Numbered from the stretch's first letter, positions 10,071 to 19,927 are shown. The stretch is 64,000 nt of DNA from a virus (IMGVR_UViG_3300050821_004765:1-64000); one strand, 5' to 3'. The notes: a model not told the origin generated them from the sequence alone. Program-made: numbers and translations.

Positions 10071-10933
10071 ACCGTTATCCCCAATCTCAGCCTTAGTTCG
10101 GCCTGTACTTCGTGCCAGGCATCGGTCACTACCACACCTTTTTGCCATTTGCCGAACCTTCCTACGTGTAGCCAGCGCGTACCATTAACTGGGTTGATAT
10201 CAAACTCAGCAGGCACATATTTCAATGGCTTAATCAACTTGCTCGCTGGGATGCCTACACTAACATCGCGACCAATACAATGTGCCGGCCACTCCACGGT
10301 CTTGTAGCCAAACACATGACTGAGCCGATTGTAAGCAACGTCAGGGCTACCATCACAAATGATTGTCATGTCTGGCACTTCAAGATTGACGAATTGACCC
10401 CGCTCTGGGGCGTCACCTACTGCCCAGCCTAGACTGTAGATATACTGCTCACCTTCAATTGCCCAGATACGGCGGGGTACTGTGGAAATCACCAAATCAT
10501 AGGAGTCAATATTCAAGTCCTTATTCAGTGTCCAATATGGATGTGCATATCCGTCGCCGGGGATCTTTGGGGCTTCTCTTGAAGGTATTACATAATCCTG
10601 TACCAGGTCGTGATACTTTCGCCAGAGTATATTGTAAGCACGCCGAATATCCCAGGCTGGGTGAGCTGTCTCGAAATCCGCCGGGGCAATAATACCATCC
10701 CAAAATTTGCCATGAGTTTTGCGACGATATTCTTCAGGTGTGCCCTTATTGATATAAGTAACCCACTCTTCTTCGCCATGATCAATTCCAGGAATCGGTT
10801 CGTGTAAGTATTGGCTACCATAAAGGGCGGACTTTATCTTGCGGGAGAATACTTGGGGGTATATACCATGCGTCAGGCATGCGTGGGCGGCAATCATTCC
10901 TGTTGGACCGCAACCCAAAATCGCTACCTTCAT
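10067..10933 (-). CDS. FAD-dependent oxidoreductase (UDP-galactopyranose mutase / amine oxidase-like fold)
   Basis: N-terminal KVAILGCGPTG (GxGxxG), VISTVP, C-terminal VGRFGKW; RBS AGAGGA before ATG 10933. Confidence 0.8.
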   Translation of the reverse strand: MKVAILGCGPTGMIAAHACLTHGIYPQVFSRKIKSALYGSQYLHEPIPGIDHGEEEWVTYINKGTPEEYRRKTHGKFWDGIIAPADFETAHPAWDIRRAYNILWRKYHDLVQDYVIPSREAPKIPGDGYAHPYWTLNKDLNIDSYDLVISTVPRRIWAIEGEQYIYSLGWAVGDAPERGQFVNLEVPDMTIICDGSPDVAYNRLSHVFGYKTVEWPAHCIGRDVSVGIPASKLIKPLKYVPAEFDINPVNGTRWLHVGRFGKWQKGVVVTDAWHEVQAELRLRLGITV

Positions 10934-11201
10934 CTGGGATCCTCTTCTCGCAGCAATTCTCTTCATGGACATACAGTGCACAATCTTCCATATTGTCACT
11001 GCTAAATTCATCAAACTTACGGTACTGATGCGTTTTGATTTGCGTAGACTTTGGCCCAAGTACTGGGTCATACATATCAAATTTTATATCTTCTGTATCT
11101 TCTGGTAAAATCAAGATCGGCGGAATAGCATTGTGTGATTGGTTTAGTGTAAAAGTTTTGCCATGACATGGCCCGAACATACAGAGCGCATTTATGATCA
11201 T
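10815..11201 (-). CDS. Hypothetical protein
   Basis: Strong RBS AGGAG; overlaps the next gene by about 120 nt. Confidence 0.5.
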   Translation of the reverse strand: MIINALCMFGPCHGKTFTLNQSHNAIPPILILPEDTEDIKFDMYDPVLGPKSTQIKTHQYRKFDEFSSDNMEDCALYVHEENCCEKRIPDEGSDFGLRSNRNDCRPRMPDAWYIPPSILPQDKVRPLW

Positions 11202-11384
11202 GTTGCTCCTAAGTGTAGGGCGAGTTCCTGGTAATTAATCAGGTTGGGTTATGGGACTCGCGGCTCCACGTTTAGTTGGCTATTTAGGGGCAGATCTCTG
11301 GTGCCCAGGTTGCCACCCTAACTTGGCGTTATATGAAGCCCACACCCAGTCATCAAGGCTCTACTGTACTGCTATTACAGTAGT
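11202..11384 (-). ncRNA. Possible structured intergenic RNA
   Basis: No sizeable ORF; nested complementary segments (GGCTTCA/TGGAGCC, TTAGGG/CCCTAA, GCGAGT/ACTCGC, CTACTGTA/TACAGTAG). Confidence 0.3.
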
Positions 11385-12077
11385 CTAAAATGGGCCGCCT
11401 TCAGCATCGACGTAATCCCCATCTTCGGCATCTTCATAGTCATCGTCATCGGTGTCGGCGTCAGCTTCATCCTCGACATCCTCATCCCCGATGTCGTCGT
11501 CTTCATCTTCATCATAGCCATCCTCGTCCAACTCCTGACGATTCTTGCTATTCTTGCGAGGAATGTACTCCGCCACCTCAGCCTTAAACTGTCCCTTGTA
11601 GCTACTGGGCTTTGCCAGCACCTGAACGAGTAGCTCGCCGCTGGGCGAGTTAATGGCATAATTGCCAATGCTCTCCACGTGCTTCTCGACAGTATTGTCC
11701 TTTTTCTTCACGCGCTTGACTTTCGGGCCAACATCCCAGAATGCCTTCTCGATCTCATGCTTGGCCTGGTCGCTGCCATCGGTGAGACCATGCAAGAAAG
11801 CATTGACAAAAGGTAACGACGACTTGATGATATTCAGGCCATCCCAAATTGGGTGGCCTAAATATTCCTTCTTGCTATCAGGTCCAACAACTTCAAGCAA
11901 CACGCTAATGCGAGGCTTGCCTTTATTCTCCCCAATGGACTTGATCTCACCAACCGTCATACGCTTGATTTTGCACAGATAGCTGCCCTTGGGCAAGTTA
12001 GGGCCATCATAGCCACCCATACCACCGGCGGGGTCGACGCCAGCGCCATTGATGTCCCACTTAATCCTTGTTGCCAT
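11385..12077 (-). CDS. Single-stranded DNA-binding protein (DUF669-like)
   Basis: LPKGSYLCKI OB-like start; long acidic tail ending PF; adjacent to the AAA ATPase and exonuclease. Confidence 0.7.
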   Translation of the reverse strand: MATRIKWDINGAGVDPAGGMGGYDGPNLPKGSYLCKIKRMTVGEIKSIGENKGKPRISVLLEVVGPDSKKEYLGHPIWDGLNIIKSSLPFVNAFLHGLTDGSDQAKHEIEKAFWDVGPKVKRVKKKDNTVEKHVESIGNYAINSPSGELLVQVLAKPSSYKGQFKAEVAEYIPRKNSKNRQELDEDGYDEDEDDDIGDEDVEDEADADTDDDDYEDAEDGDYVDAEGGPF

Positions 12078-12080
12078 TTA

Positions 12081-13040
12081 CTAGACCTCCATCATCATAT
12101 TGCTGAGTTCATCATCGTTGTCAGATTCGTCGGGAATAGCTGCGACGACTTCGGCCTTAGCGTCGGACGTAGGACGACGGCGCAACCGCTCACGGTCCTC
12201 GGCAGGCTTACGTACAGCCTTGTTCTCGTCCGTCTTATTCGGCGGTACGCGTCCAGGTGCGGGCTGTTTTGGCCCCGATTCTAGTAGTTCGCGAATGTCC
12301 TTCAGCCCATTCAGATGGCTCGGGCCGATAATGGTGCGCGGTGCCAAACAGCGAGTACGGTCCTTAGCCATGACGGTCTTGGTACCATGCCACTGAATAA
12401 CCCTTTGCTCTTCGTATTGTGGTTTCCCATCAACTTCACCGACTTTCTTTCGCACAGTTTTCATGTTACCAAAGCTAGTCATCCAGCCACACACCAGCTT
12501 TGAGTACTGGGTACCCTTACCCTGAATCATCGGCAAGACATAGGATTCTTCATCCTCATTCTTGTCTTCTTGTTGCAAGGCAGTGTACAGCATATTTACT
12601 GGCAAGGAATTGAACGCTTTCACCATGCGTTGGAACTTGTTGTAGTATGGCTGCCAATCGCGAATATCAGGAATGTCCTGGTCACCACCTCGTTCCTCAA
12701 CTGCCTTCGCCAAAACCCAACGCATACACATGCTCTGCATTTCAGTTAGCGAATCAAGGACAACCCAATTGAAAGGGATGGTGTCGAGTGTGTATAGCCA
12801 CTCGTAAGCCGCCACGACGTCATCCCAGCCTTCGGCACCCTCACGAACTTTCCACTTTTTAGCGGTCGAGCCGAATCTTTTGGCGGACAAAGTTCCATTG
12901 TCCTCGGGAGCAATAAAAAGGACGTCATCATCAGAGCCTGCCAAGACGGTTTTGCCCACACCAGAGTCGCCGTAGATGAGCAGGTTGTTATATTCATCCT
13001 CATCCGCCAGTTCGATGATGTTACTTGGAAGTTCTACCAC
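12081..13040 (-). CDS. AAA ATPase, Sak4-like recombinase
   Basis: IYGDSGVGKT Walker A, VVLDSLT Walker B, AKDRT. Confidence 0.85.
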   Translation of the reverse strand: MVELPSNIIELADEDEYNNLLIYGDSGVGKTVLAGSDDDVLFIAPEDNGTLSAKRFGSTAKKWKVREGAEGWDDVVAAYEWLYTLDTIPFNWVVLDSLTEMQSMCMRWVLAKAVEERGGDQDIPDIRDWQPYYNKFQRMVKAFNSLPVNMLYTALQQEDKNEDEESYVLPMIQGKGTQYSKLVCGWMTSFGNMKTVRKKVGEVDGKPQYEEQRVIQWHGTKTVMAKDRTRCLAPRTIIGPSHLNGLKDIRELLESGPKQPAPGRVPPNKTDENKAVRKPAEDRERLRRRPTSDAKAEVVAAIPDESDNDDELSNMMMEV

Positions 13041-13227
13041 TTGTTAGCCTTTCGTCATGTATCTCTGCTAATCGTTGCCGACCGGCACATGTAGCTTGAT
13101 ACTGGTTACCAATTCTTATCTCGTGGCCATTATCATCAATCACATATGAAGTTATTGTTTCATTTGTTAACATTTCAAACCAAGCCAAAAGTGAAATATC
13201 ATCCGATGGCTTATTGTGATAACTCAA
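13021..13227 (-). CDS. Hypothetical protein
   Basis: 68-aa coupled ORF. Confidence 0.5.
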   Translation of the reverse strand: MSYHNKPSDDISLLAWFEMLTNETITSYVIDDNGHEIRIGNQYQATCAGRQRLAEIHDERLTSGRTSK

Positions 13228-14357
13228 TGCTCCACCTTCTTGGTGCGATGGTCGGCATAAGGGTCGACCTTTTTGTACACCGTTTCGATGAAGTATTCCA
13301 CATCCTCTGGCTCACTACCTTCATCAAGTGAGCAAAGGTTGTAGAAGTTACAGAAATTGCAATCCTTGGCGAAGGACTTTGTAACTGGAATGTCCCCCGC
13401 CGCGGTACGCTCCATGATGGCGGCCTCTTGGCTGATCCGCATGATGGTCTTGTTGCGTTCACGTGGGGTACGTGCAACGAACTCCCGGCGAAACAGTGGG
13501 GTTTCGCTGCGTTCGCCGTGTACTTTTAGTTTGCAGCGCTCAGCTTCGGCGGCCAGTTCGTCCTTCAATAGCTTTTTGAAACTGGCAGGGTCAACCTCAA
13601 TGCCATCTTTGGCATAAGAATTGATTAGCGCATCTATGTAATGCTGCTTCAATGGCTCCTTGAAAATTTTGCCTTTGCGCAAGAAGTTGTACTCCATACC
13701 CTTGACATAATCATCCTTGTTGATTAGCCCTTGGTCTTGGAGCGCTTTCGTCGCAACTGCAATATAAGTCGAAGCTTGCGGATCAAGGTCAAGATGCAAC
13801 GTCGATAGTTGATTGGCGGTTTTGTGGTCCACCATCTTGATGTGTCCGTCGTTAAGATCGCGATAGCAAAGATCAAATACACCAACGAGAGTGCATATAG
13901 GCCGATAACCTTTACGTCCATCTTTCAAAATTGGTGGGTAGCGGATATCTGGGATGGTAACTGCAAAGTTGCGCTCGGCGTCCAGGACGTCCCAGTGCGG
14001 GTCGCCGGCATATTCAATAACATATTCTTCAAGGAGATTACGCCCAAGGGTGTAGAAGTCTTCCCAAGTTGCAATTTCTTCTTCATCAACTTGCTCCTTG
14101 ACTCGCAGGACATTGATCACATCTTGTGCTAATCGCTCCCAAGTTTCCGCTGGGTGCGGTCCGCGTTTTACCCCAGGTTGGTAGTATTCCGCCATGCAGA
14201 GGTGCACAATAGTACCGAATTCTGCAGCTGTCTTCCGTTCGGCTATTGGCCGCAGGCAATCTACATAGCCCCAATACCAAGCCTGGGGGCAACGGTGATA
14301 GGTTGCGCGCTCACTACTTCGCAGTAATGGCAATTCCTTACCAACGACGCCTGCCAT
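13224..14357 (-). CDS. RecB/Cas4-like PD-(D/E)XK exonuclease
   Basis: RCP..W, GTIVH, GVFDL...VDHKT, QxxxY, C-terminal CNFCNFYNLC. Confidence 0.88.
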   Translation of the reverse strand: MAGVVGKELPLLRSSERATYHRCPQAWYWGYVDCLRPIAERKTAAEFGTIVHLCMAEYYQPGVKRGPHPAETWERLAQDVINVLRVKEQVDEEEIATWEDFYTLGRNLLEEYVIEYAGDPHWDVLDAERNFAVTIPDIRYPPILKDGRKGYRPICTLVGVFDLCYRDLNDGHIKMVDHKTANQLSTLHLDLDPQASTYIAVATKALQDQGLINKDDYVKGMEYNFLRKGKIFKEPLKQHYIDALINSYAKDGIEVDPASFKKLLKDELAAEAERCKLKVHGERSETPLFRREFVARTPRERNKTIMRISQEAAIMERTAAGDIPVTKSFAKDCNFCNFYNLCSLDEGSEPEDVEYFIETVYKKVDPYADHRTKKVEH

Positions 14358-15091
14358 CAGAGTGCCTGCACAGCTAGCTGCTCGCCATCAACTACATAAC
14401 CAAGACACTTAAATTCTAATCCGCTGCCATTTATTTCATGAAATGCTGCAAATTCACCTAGTTTAGGGTGGTCCCAACCTGGATAGTTCCAGAATTCATC
14501 AAATACAATGATTGTACCACTTTTAATCCATGGCCTTAGCGTATCTAATACAAATTTAGTGCTACTGTAGAGATCGCAATCTATATGGATAAGTGCAATA
14601 CCTTCACCATCAAGATAGGGCTGTTGAATATCAATCCAAGCCGGCAATGAATCTTCGAAAAGCCCCGATACAATTGCTACACTATCCCATTTTACTATTT
14701 CTTCTAGTCTGTATGTATCTATTGCAAATGACCCCTTGGGGTATTCACCTCGCCAAGCTTCTGGCAATCCTAGGAAACTATCAAATCCATAAGTAAACCT
14801 ATGTTGCCGCAGCCAATTCAATGAGGTGCCATCGCCAACGCCAAACTCTAGGCAATAGCCGTCAGGATTATCTCTCTGCAATACTGCACAATGGTTGAGC
14901 ATCGGGGCACGACCAAGATATTCGTGCGCGTAGAATGGGCCATTTTTATCTGGTGAAGTGCTAATAATATATTCAGCGGTATCAACACATGCTTGTCGAT
15001 ACATTTCTCGCTTGATATTACTTACGCTTGTGCGCTCACGAATGAATGTCCTGAAGTGATCACTGTCAATAGTGACTTCATCGAGACCCAC
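14357..15091 (-). CDS. TylF/MycF/NovP-like SAM-dependent O-methyltransferase
   Basis: LEFGVGDG, YGFDSFLGLPE, HIDCDLYSST, IVFDEF. Confidence 0.85.
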   Translation of the reverse strand: MGLDEVTIDSDHFRTFIRERTSVSNIKREMYRQACVDTAEYIISTSPDKNGPFYAHEYLGRAPMLNHCAVLQRDNPDGYCLEFGVGDGTSLNWLRQHRFTYGFDSFLGLPEAWRGEYPKGSFAIDTYRLEEIVKWDSVAIVSGLFEDSLPAWIDIQQPYLDGEGIALIHIDCDLYSSTKFVLDTLRPWIKSGTIIVFDEFWNYPGWDHPKLGEFAAFHEINGSGLEFKCLGYVVDGEQLAVQAL

Positions 15092-15296
15092 TATATTACT
15101 CCCGCCACAGGTTGTTGTATTTACTTAAGTTATTCTGGAGAATGGCGAACGTCGCTGTAGTACTGACTTGGGATATAAGTCAATCCTTATTCGCCATTCA
15201 CCAGAACGTACAGAGCCAGCCCGCATATGGCAGTCCTGTACTTCTGGCCCACACTCGGTCTGGAGTGCCTCCATTTCGGCAGTGGGCGCCGGTCTA

Positions 15297-16025
15297 TCAG
15301 AAGCTAGACTTGCTAGCCCCAACCTTGTTGAGTCGACCTTCACGGCCCTTGAAACGTCCGCGCGTGGACTCAGCCGGTGCCTCTTCGGTATCGCCTTCTA
15401 CAGCGCCTTCGCCTTCAGCCTTGGCTGTTGCCTTAGCTTCACGGGCAGCTTCACGCTGCTCGCGGGCTGCTTCGCGCTGGTCGCGCTTCTGCTGGGCGGT
15501 CTCTTCCGCTTCCTGGCGCTTCTTGTCACGCTCTTCCAGCTTGCGCTGCCGGTCAGCTTCCTTAGCCAGCCGGTCAGCTTCACGCTGCTCACGCTTGGCG
15601 CTCTGGTTGAATTCGCGCTCGGCACGAAGCCATTCCCGCACGCCCTTCTCAGATTCGCGCTGCTCAGCCTTCTGCTGACGCTCGGCATCACGCTGAGCCT
15701 TGGCTGCAGCCTTCGCCTCGTTGACCTCTCGGTTGGCCTCTTCGCGTTCTGCAGTACGTGCCTTACGCTCGCGGTCAGCTTCAGTCAGCCCCTCTTCGTC
15801 ACGCGCGCTGTTACGCCATGCCTGCCACTCGCTGTGGTTGGTCAGAACTGCCTGCACATGCCCTGCATCAATGGTTACGCCTGCCTTTTCGCCAGCGTAT
15901 CGCGCGAGAGAAACGGCTGCAGGGCCAGGGTTCTCAACGGAATAACGCTTGCGGTCGGTCTCATTGGCCATGATTGGTAAATCCTCTTTGCTAGTAGTTT
16001 GGGTCTTCCGCGATCTACGCGACAT
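15297..16025 (-). CDS. HSEWQ-motif protein with long charged coiled coil
   Basis: E/R/K/A-rich helix; paralogous motif in 32975-33319; own promoter. Confidence 0.75.
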   Translation of the reverse strand: MSRRSRKTQTTSKEDLPIMANETDRKRYSVENPGPAAVSLARYAGEKAGVTIDAGHVQAVLTNHSEWQAWRNSARDEEGLTEADRERKARTAEREEANREVNEAKAAAKAQRDAERQQKAEQRESEKGVREWLRAEREFNQSAKREQREADRLAKEADRQRKLEERDKKRQEAEETAQQKRDQREAAREQREAAREAKATAKAEGEGAVEGDTEEAPAESTRGRFKGREGRLNKVGASKSSF

Positions 16026-16035
16026 CTACCCTTCA

Positions 16036-16065
16036 AGTATACCTTAGTCTAGTCCGGCGCGTAAA
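16036..16065 (-). promoter_or_regulatory. Promoter TTTACG-N18-TATACT with the CGGACTAGACT motif in the spacer
   Basis: Minus strand TTTACG cgccggactagactaagg TATACT. Confidence 0.65.
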
Positions 16066-16082
16066 GGCCTATTTTCGGCCCG

Positions 16083-16430
16083 TTATCCGTCCGCCTCGAC
16101 CGCTGGGCGTAGCGGTCGGCGAACTACTCGCCGTCGAACCCGCATTTTTGACACACGCGCCTCTTTGCCGCTGTCGGGTCGCGGCATAGTGCGACGCTTT
16201 GCATCATGCAACATTTTGCGAGTTAAGTTGTAGCGTTCGTCTGCCTCCTCAGCATTGACTACTCTATGCATATAACGCTGGATATCTGGCCGCGTGATTT
16301 TATCCAACATTGCTTGCCGTCTACCCATATGTGCAGCAAACCATATGCTGGCGGGGTAGAAAATGGCCATGCCGCCACCGGCAAGAATCTCAGTTGTCGT
16401 GAGTACCATTTGCCCGCATATCAGCAGCAA
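16083..16430 (-). CDS. Hypothetical membrane-anchored protein
   Basis: Hydrophobic N-terminus, Arg-rich tail. Confidence 0.5.
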   Translation of the reverse strand: MLLICGQMVLTTTEILAGGGMAIFYPASIWFAAHMGRRQAMLDKITRPDIQRYMHRVVNAEEADERYNLTRKMLHDAKRRTMPRPDSGKEARVSKMRVRRRVVRRPLRPAVEADG

Positions 16431-16656
16431 GATGCATGATGTGTTTCAGCTCTTTCTCTGAATAACGCTCTACATCGTGAGTAAGTTTCAAATTGGGCAC
16501 TTCAATGCCTTCATGAATAGCATGCCCCTGCTCGTGGCGTTCCACCTTGTATTTGCGAATACGTCCTGGTGGGCACATGTGGTGCTCCCAGTTCTTCGCT
16601 GGGGAGACTTCAATGACCCGCGTTGGGATGATCTTTGGCATATTTATGAATGGCAT
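16390..16656 (-). CDS. Hypothetical protein
   Basis: Coupled ORF. Confidence 0.55.
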   Translation of the reverse strand: MPFINMPKIIPTRVIEVSPAKNWEHHMCPPGRIRKYKVERHEQGHAIHEGIEVPNLKLTHDVERYSEKELKHIMHLAADMRANGTHDN

Positions 16657-16895
16657 CAGACCTCAAATTCATTGTAGTATTTCAATGTATTGGATCGTGC
16701 TTGCTGCAATTCAATTAAAGTAGCTTGCACATCTATGATAACCAATTCAATATCAGTTAGCACTGCAGTTTGTGCCAAGGTTTCTGCAAACTTAGCTTGC
16801 AAATATGGTTTGCAATTTTCAAAGTGTGCCGCTTGTTGTGGTGTATTAGCCCATATTGTTACTTTGGTAGGTTTGGATTCATTTATGAGTGGCAT
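16656..16895 (-). CDS. Hypothetical protein
   Basis: Coupled ORF. Confidence 0.55.
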   Translation of the reverse strand: MPLINESKPTKVTIWANTPQQAAHFENCKPYLQAKFAETLAQTAVLTDIELVIIDVQATLIELQQARSNTLKYYNEFEV

Positions 16896-17173
16896 ATCAC
16901 CTTACCCCCATGGTAGTGCACAATATTCATCGCGTCCGCGATATCCTGTGCACCCTCCATGCTTTCACAGTTGATCCAGGCTACCACTGCACCATGGTCA
17001 CCATATACCCAGAGCGTGTTGTTGAACTCTATGGTAAAGCTATGGGTTACCCCGCTGGCGATTGCATTTCCATCATTGTCAACTGCCCAATCAAGTTCTG
17101 GTCCCCAATCATCGGGCTCTTCCCAGCTTGCCGCTTCTTCACTTTGACCACTGTCTCCGTCGCTGCATGGCAT
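16883..17173 (-). CDS. Hypothetical acidic protein
   Basis: ORF in operon with GGGGAG RBS. Confidence 0.5.
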   Translation of the reverse strand: MPCSDGDSGQSEEAASWEEPDDWGPELDWAVDNDGNAIASGVTHSFTIEFNNTLWVYGDHGAVVAWINCESMEGAQDIADAMNIVHYHGGKVICHS

Positions 17174-17249
17174 CCGATGTAACTCCCCTTATCCTTGACC
17201 TTACCATTTGTATGTTTGCCATACTTAATGGGTTTTGCTTGCGATGGCA

Positions 17250-19181
17250 TTACACTCCTAACAGTTCCTTGGCAAAATTGGCACCTCGACTTCCGTCGAT
17301 TATGTTCTTGATATTAAATTCTGCCTGCATATTGCTCTTAGCAATATTCTCTTCTATTGTACCCCTTGAACGCAGGTTCCAAATTGTGACCTGGTGATCG
17401 CGGCTGATTCGGTGCAGCCGGTCCTCGAGCTGCTCTTGGTCACTTGGGTCATAGGTCTCGTCACAGATGATCAAGTCGTCGGCCGCATCGAGCGTCAAAC
17501 TTACACCACCAGCCTTAGTAGATAGCAGGAGAATGCGGAATTCGCTGGCGGGGTTGTCTTGCCAGTCGTCTTTGATCTGTTCGCGCATTTTGTCGGTTGT
17601 CGCTCCAGTAAACACATGTGCTCGAATGCCTAAGGCCGTCAGCCCACTGGCAATAGCGTTGATTAAGCCCGCAAACTGACTTGCAATCACTACTTTCGGT
17701 GTGTCCTGGTCGATCTTCATGCCTTTTTCGATGCCGCGTTCTTCGAGCCATTCCACGATCCAATCGAATTTGTTACTGGGCAACTTAGCTTTAAAGTTGC
17801 CAGTACCTTCATCCATAATGCCACAGCTGCCAGCGAATTGCTTAAGCCGCGTCATTTCGGCTAGCAATCCGTTAGCCATCAACAAACCGCCCTCGATTTC
17901 GGCAGTTGCTGACTTAACCATATCGTCGTACGCTTGCTTCTGCTGAGGCAACATATCTAGCCAAACAGCGACTGGGCTACCGGGTACGCTCGGGTCGAGC
18001 GGTTCACCGGCATAGAACTTCGGCGGCAAATCTTGGGCAACTTCTGCCTTAGTGCGCCTAATCATGACGTTCTTGGCTTCAGCATAAAGGTTTTCCGCAC
18101 TCTTCATGCCGCCAATCTGCATACCAAACCCGTTATTTGTCACCCAAAAGTGTTGCTCCACCCATTTCCAATATGCGCGGTAGAGGTCAGGCCGCAACCA
18201 ATTGAGTGTTCCCCAAAGATAAACCTCTTTGCCACGAAATGGCGTGCCGGAGAGTGCCATGCGCAACCCATTTGTCCGTACTTCGAGGGCTCCAATCCCA
18301 AGTCGCTGAGCAGATTGTTTCTTTTTATTACCAGAGGGGACAGGGAGAATTTGATGGGATTCATCGACAATGATAGCACTCCATAATACATTTTGGAATT
18401 CCAGCAAACTTTCACCCACAGGTTTAATGATCTTCTTGCCACTGTGATCCTTTACATAGTTGCCATAGTCATCAAGCTCTGCTTTAATTCGCACGTAGTT
18501 AGGGCTGGTAACTACCCACAGTCGTTTCGCCACATTCTCTTGGTTGTCAACAATGAACTGCATTACCTTGGCACGTTCACTCGCCGGCATATGTGCCCCA
18601 ATCTGCACAATGCTCTCGTCATTGCCCAGCCAACGCCGTATTTCTTTTGGCCAAGTTAATTTTGCTGCTTGCTTGGGGGCGACGATGAGAATCGGTCCTG
18701 TTGTTCCTGCCTCAACAATTGCCCCAATTGCCTGCAGTGTTTTGCCAAGTCCCGGCTGATCTGCGATAAGGCAGGCTCTGTTCCTTGCTGCGAACGCCAC
18801 TCCAACAGATTGAAAAGGTCGGCTAGAAAGCGCTCGCCAGATTCCAGGAGCTTGTTCTCTAACTGGCAAGAGATCAACAAGTTCGACAGCCCCAACATCT
18901 GGTATTGATTCTTGGTGAGCGCGTTCTCTAGTTGCCCAGTCGTGCAGTTCATTGCTGATTCGGATTGTGGCTCCATGGCGATCTGCTACCTTTCGTAGAT
19001 TTGTGCAAGCATCCCAGTTCAACGGGAATATCCAACGCTTACTCGGCCCGTGCCAGCGATACGGGCCTGGCATGATTTTCTTTAGCCCGGAATTAACAAC
19101 CGTATCAAATTGATCTAGCTGTACCCAAAGCGTAGAGTTGTTATCTGCTGTCCCCGCCAGCCATGTACGTTTCTTGCTCAT
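17250..19181 (-). CDS. SNF2-family DNA helicase
   Basis: ADQPGLGKT, IVDESH, LSGTP, RRTK, STKAGGVSLTL, QLEDRLHRI. Confidence 0.92.
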   Translation of the reverse strand: MSKKRTWLAGTADNNSTLWVQLDQFDTVVNSGLKKIMPGPYRWHGPSKRWIFPLNWDACTNLRKVADRHGATIRISNELHDWATRERAHQESIPDVGAVELVDLLPVREQAPGIWRALSSRPFQSVGVAFAARNRACLIADQPGLGKTLQAIGAIVEAGTTGPILIVAPKQAAKLTWPKEIRRWLGNDESIVQIGAHMPASERAKVMQFIVDNQENVAKRLWVVTSPNYVRIKAELDDYGNYVKDHSGKKIIKPVGESLLEFQNVLWSAIIVDESHQILPVPSGNKKKQSAQRLGIGALEVRTNGLRMALSGTPFRGKEVYLWGTLNWLRPDLYRAYWKWVEQHFWVTNNGFGMQIGGMKSAENLYAEAKNVMIRRTKAEVAQDLPPKFYAGEPLDPSVPGSPVAVWLDMLPQQKQAYDDMVKSATAEIEGGLLMANGLLAEMTRLKQFAGSCGIMDEGTGNFKAKLPSNKFDWIVEWLEERGIEKGMKIDQDTPKVVIASQFAGLINAIASGLTALGIRAHVFTGATTDKMREQIKDDWQDNPASEFRILLLSTKAGGVSLTLDAADDLIICDETYDPSDQEQLEDRLHRISRDHQVTIWNLRSRGTIEENIAKSNMQAEFNIKNIIDGSRGANFAKELLGV

Positions 19182-19227
19182 GTTGGCGCACCATTCATGG
19201 TAGCGATATGAATATTATATTTAGCTG

Positions 19228-19878
19228 TCATGCGATACTCACAATTGCATCTAGATATACGGCCCGAAAGCCAGTTTCTTTGTTGTCTACAAAATTGACG
19301 ATATCGCGACCATTGCGCGTAATTCCATTTACTTTAGCTACATATGCAGACTCTAGCAGACCGCTCTGTGAGTTCAGCCAGCTAATCGTCGTACCCCGTA
19401 GCGCGCGGACGACCGCCGAATCATCGCCCGCGAGTACCGGCGCAATCGCGCTACGGGCGATGCGGAGCGCTTCGCCGGTCGGGGCTACCGCGCTCGCTAA
19501 ATCGTCGCTTACAAGCGCGCCTACGGTCGTGTTCCGCCGATTAATCCGTCTGGTCTGCTTCTGTACTTGCTTAGCAAGCCGCTCAGTATCAGGAGCCCGC
19601 AACGCGATCGACACGCACGCCGACACATTTTGCAGCTTCTGCTCGTGCCCAGCCAATACGTACCGCGGGGGATTCGCTGCAGTAATTGCGCCATTACCAG
19701 GCTGCCACCAAATCTCGATGACCTCGTCTTCACCCCGCCGAGCGAATACGTGCACCATACCAATCTCATCTTCTTTGACCTTGGCTTCCCAGCCATTGTC
19801 TTGAATTGTCTGGATAAACTTCGCAGCTTTTTCTAGTCCGCTTCGCCCTGCGGAAATGTAACTTGACTTGGTGCGCAT
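19228..19878 (-). CDS. Hypothetical protein
   Basis: 216-aa ORF with RBS, downstream of a promoter. Confidence 0.7.
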   Translation of the reverse strand: MRTKSSYISAGRSGLEKAAKFIQTIQDNGWEAKVKEDEIGMVHVFARRGEDEVIEIWWQPGNGAITAANPPRYVLAGHEQKLQNVSACVSIALRAPDTERLAKQVQKQTRRINRRNTTVGALVSDDLASAVAPTGEALRIARSAIAPVLAGDDSAVVRALRGTTISWLNSQSGLLESAYVAKVNGITRNGRDIVNFVDNKETGFRAVYLDAIVSIA

Positions 19879-19927
19879 TGTAGACCCTTCTGGTTGGCGG
19901 AACTTCGATACTTTTGGCTACGCTTCT

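Noticed and set aside
11359-11387. TAGACT at the SSB stop (and at 1540-1545) as further promoters
   Set aside because: No TAnnnT hexamer at 16-18 nt spacing
13224-14357. Cas4 as part of a CRISPR system
   Set aside because: No cas genes or array; context is a Sak4/SSB recombination module
15112-15980. Long plus-strand ORFs 15112-15678 and 15168-15980
   Set aside because: Shadow frames of the repetitive coiled-coil gene on the minus strand
17047-17250. 67-aa ORF after the helicase
   Set aside because: Overlaps 16883-17173 by 127 nt; cannot decide which is real from sequence alone
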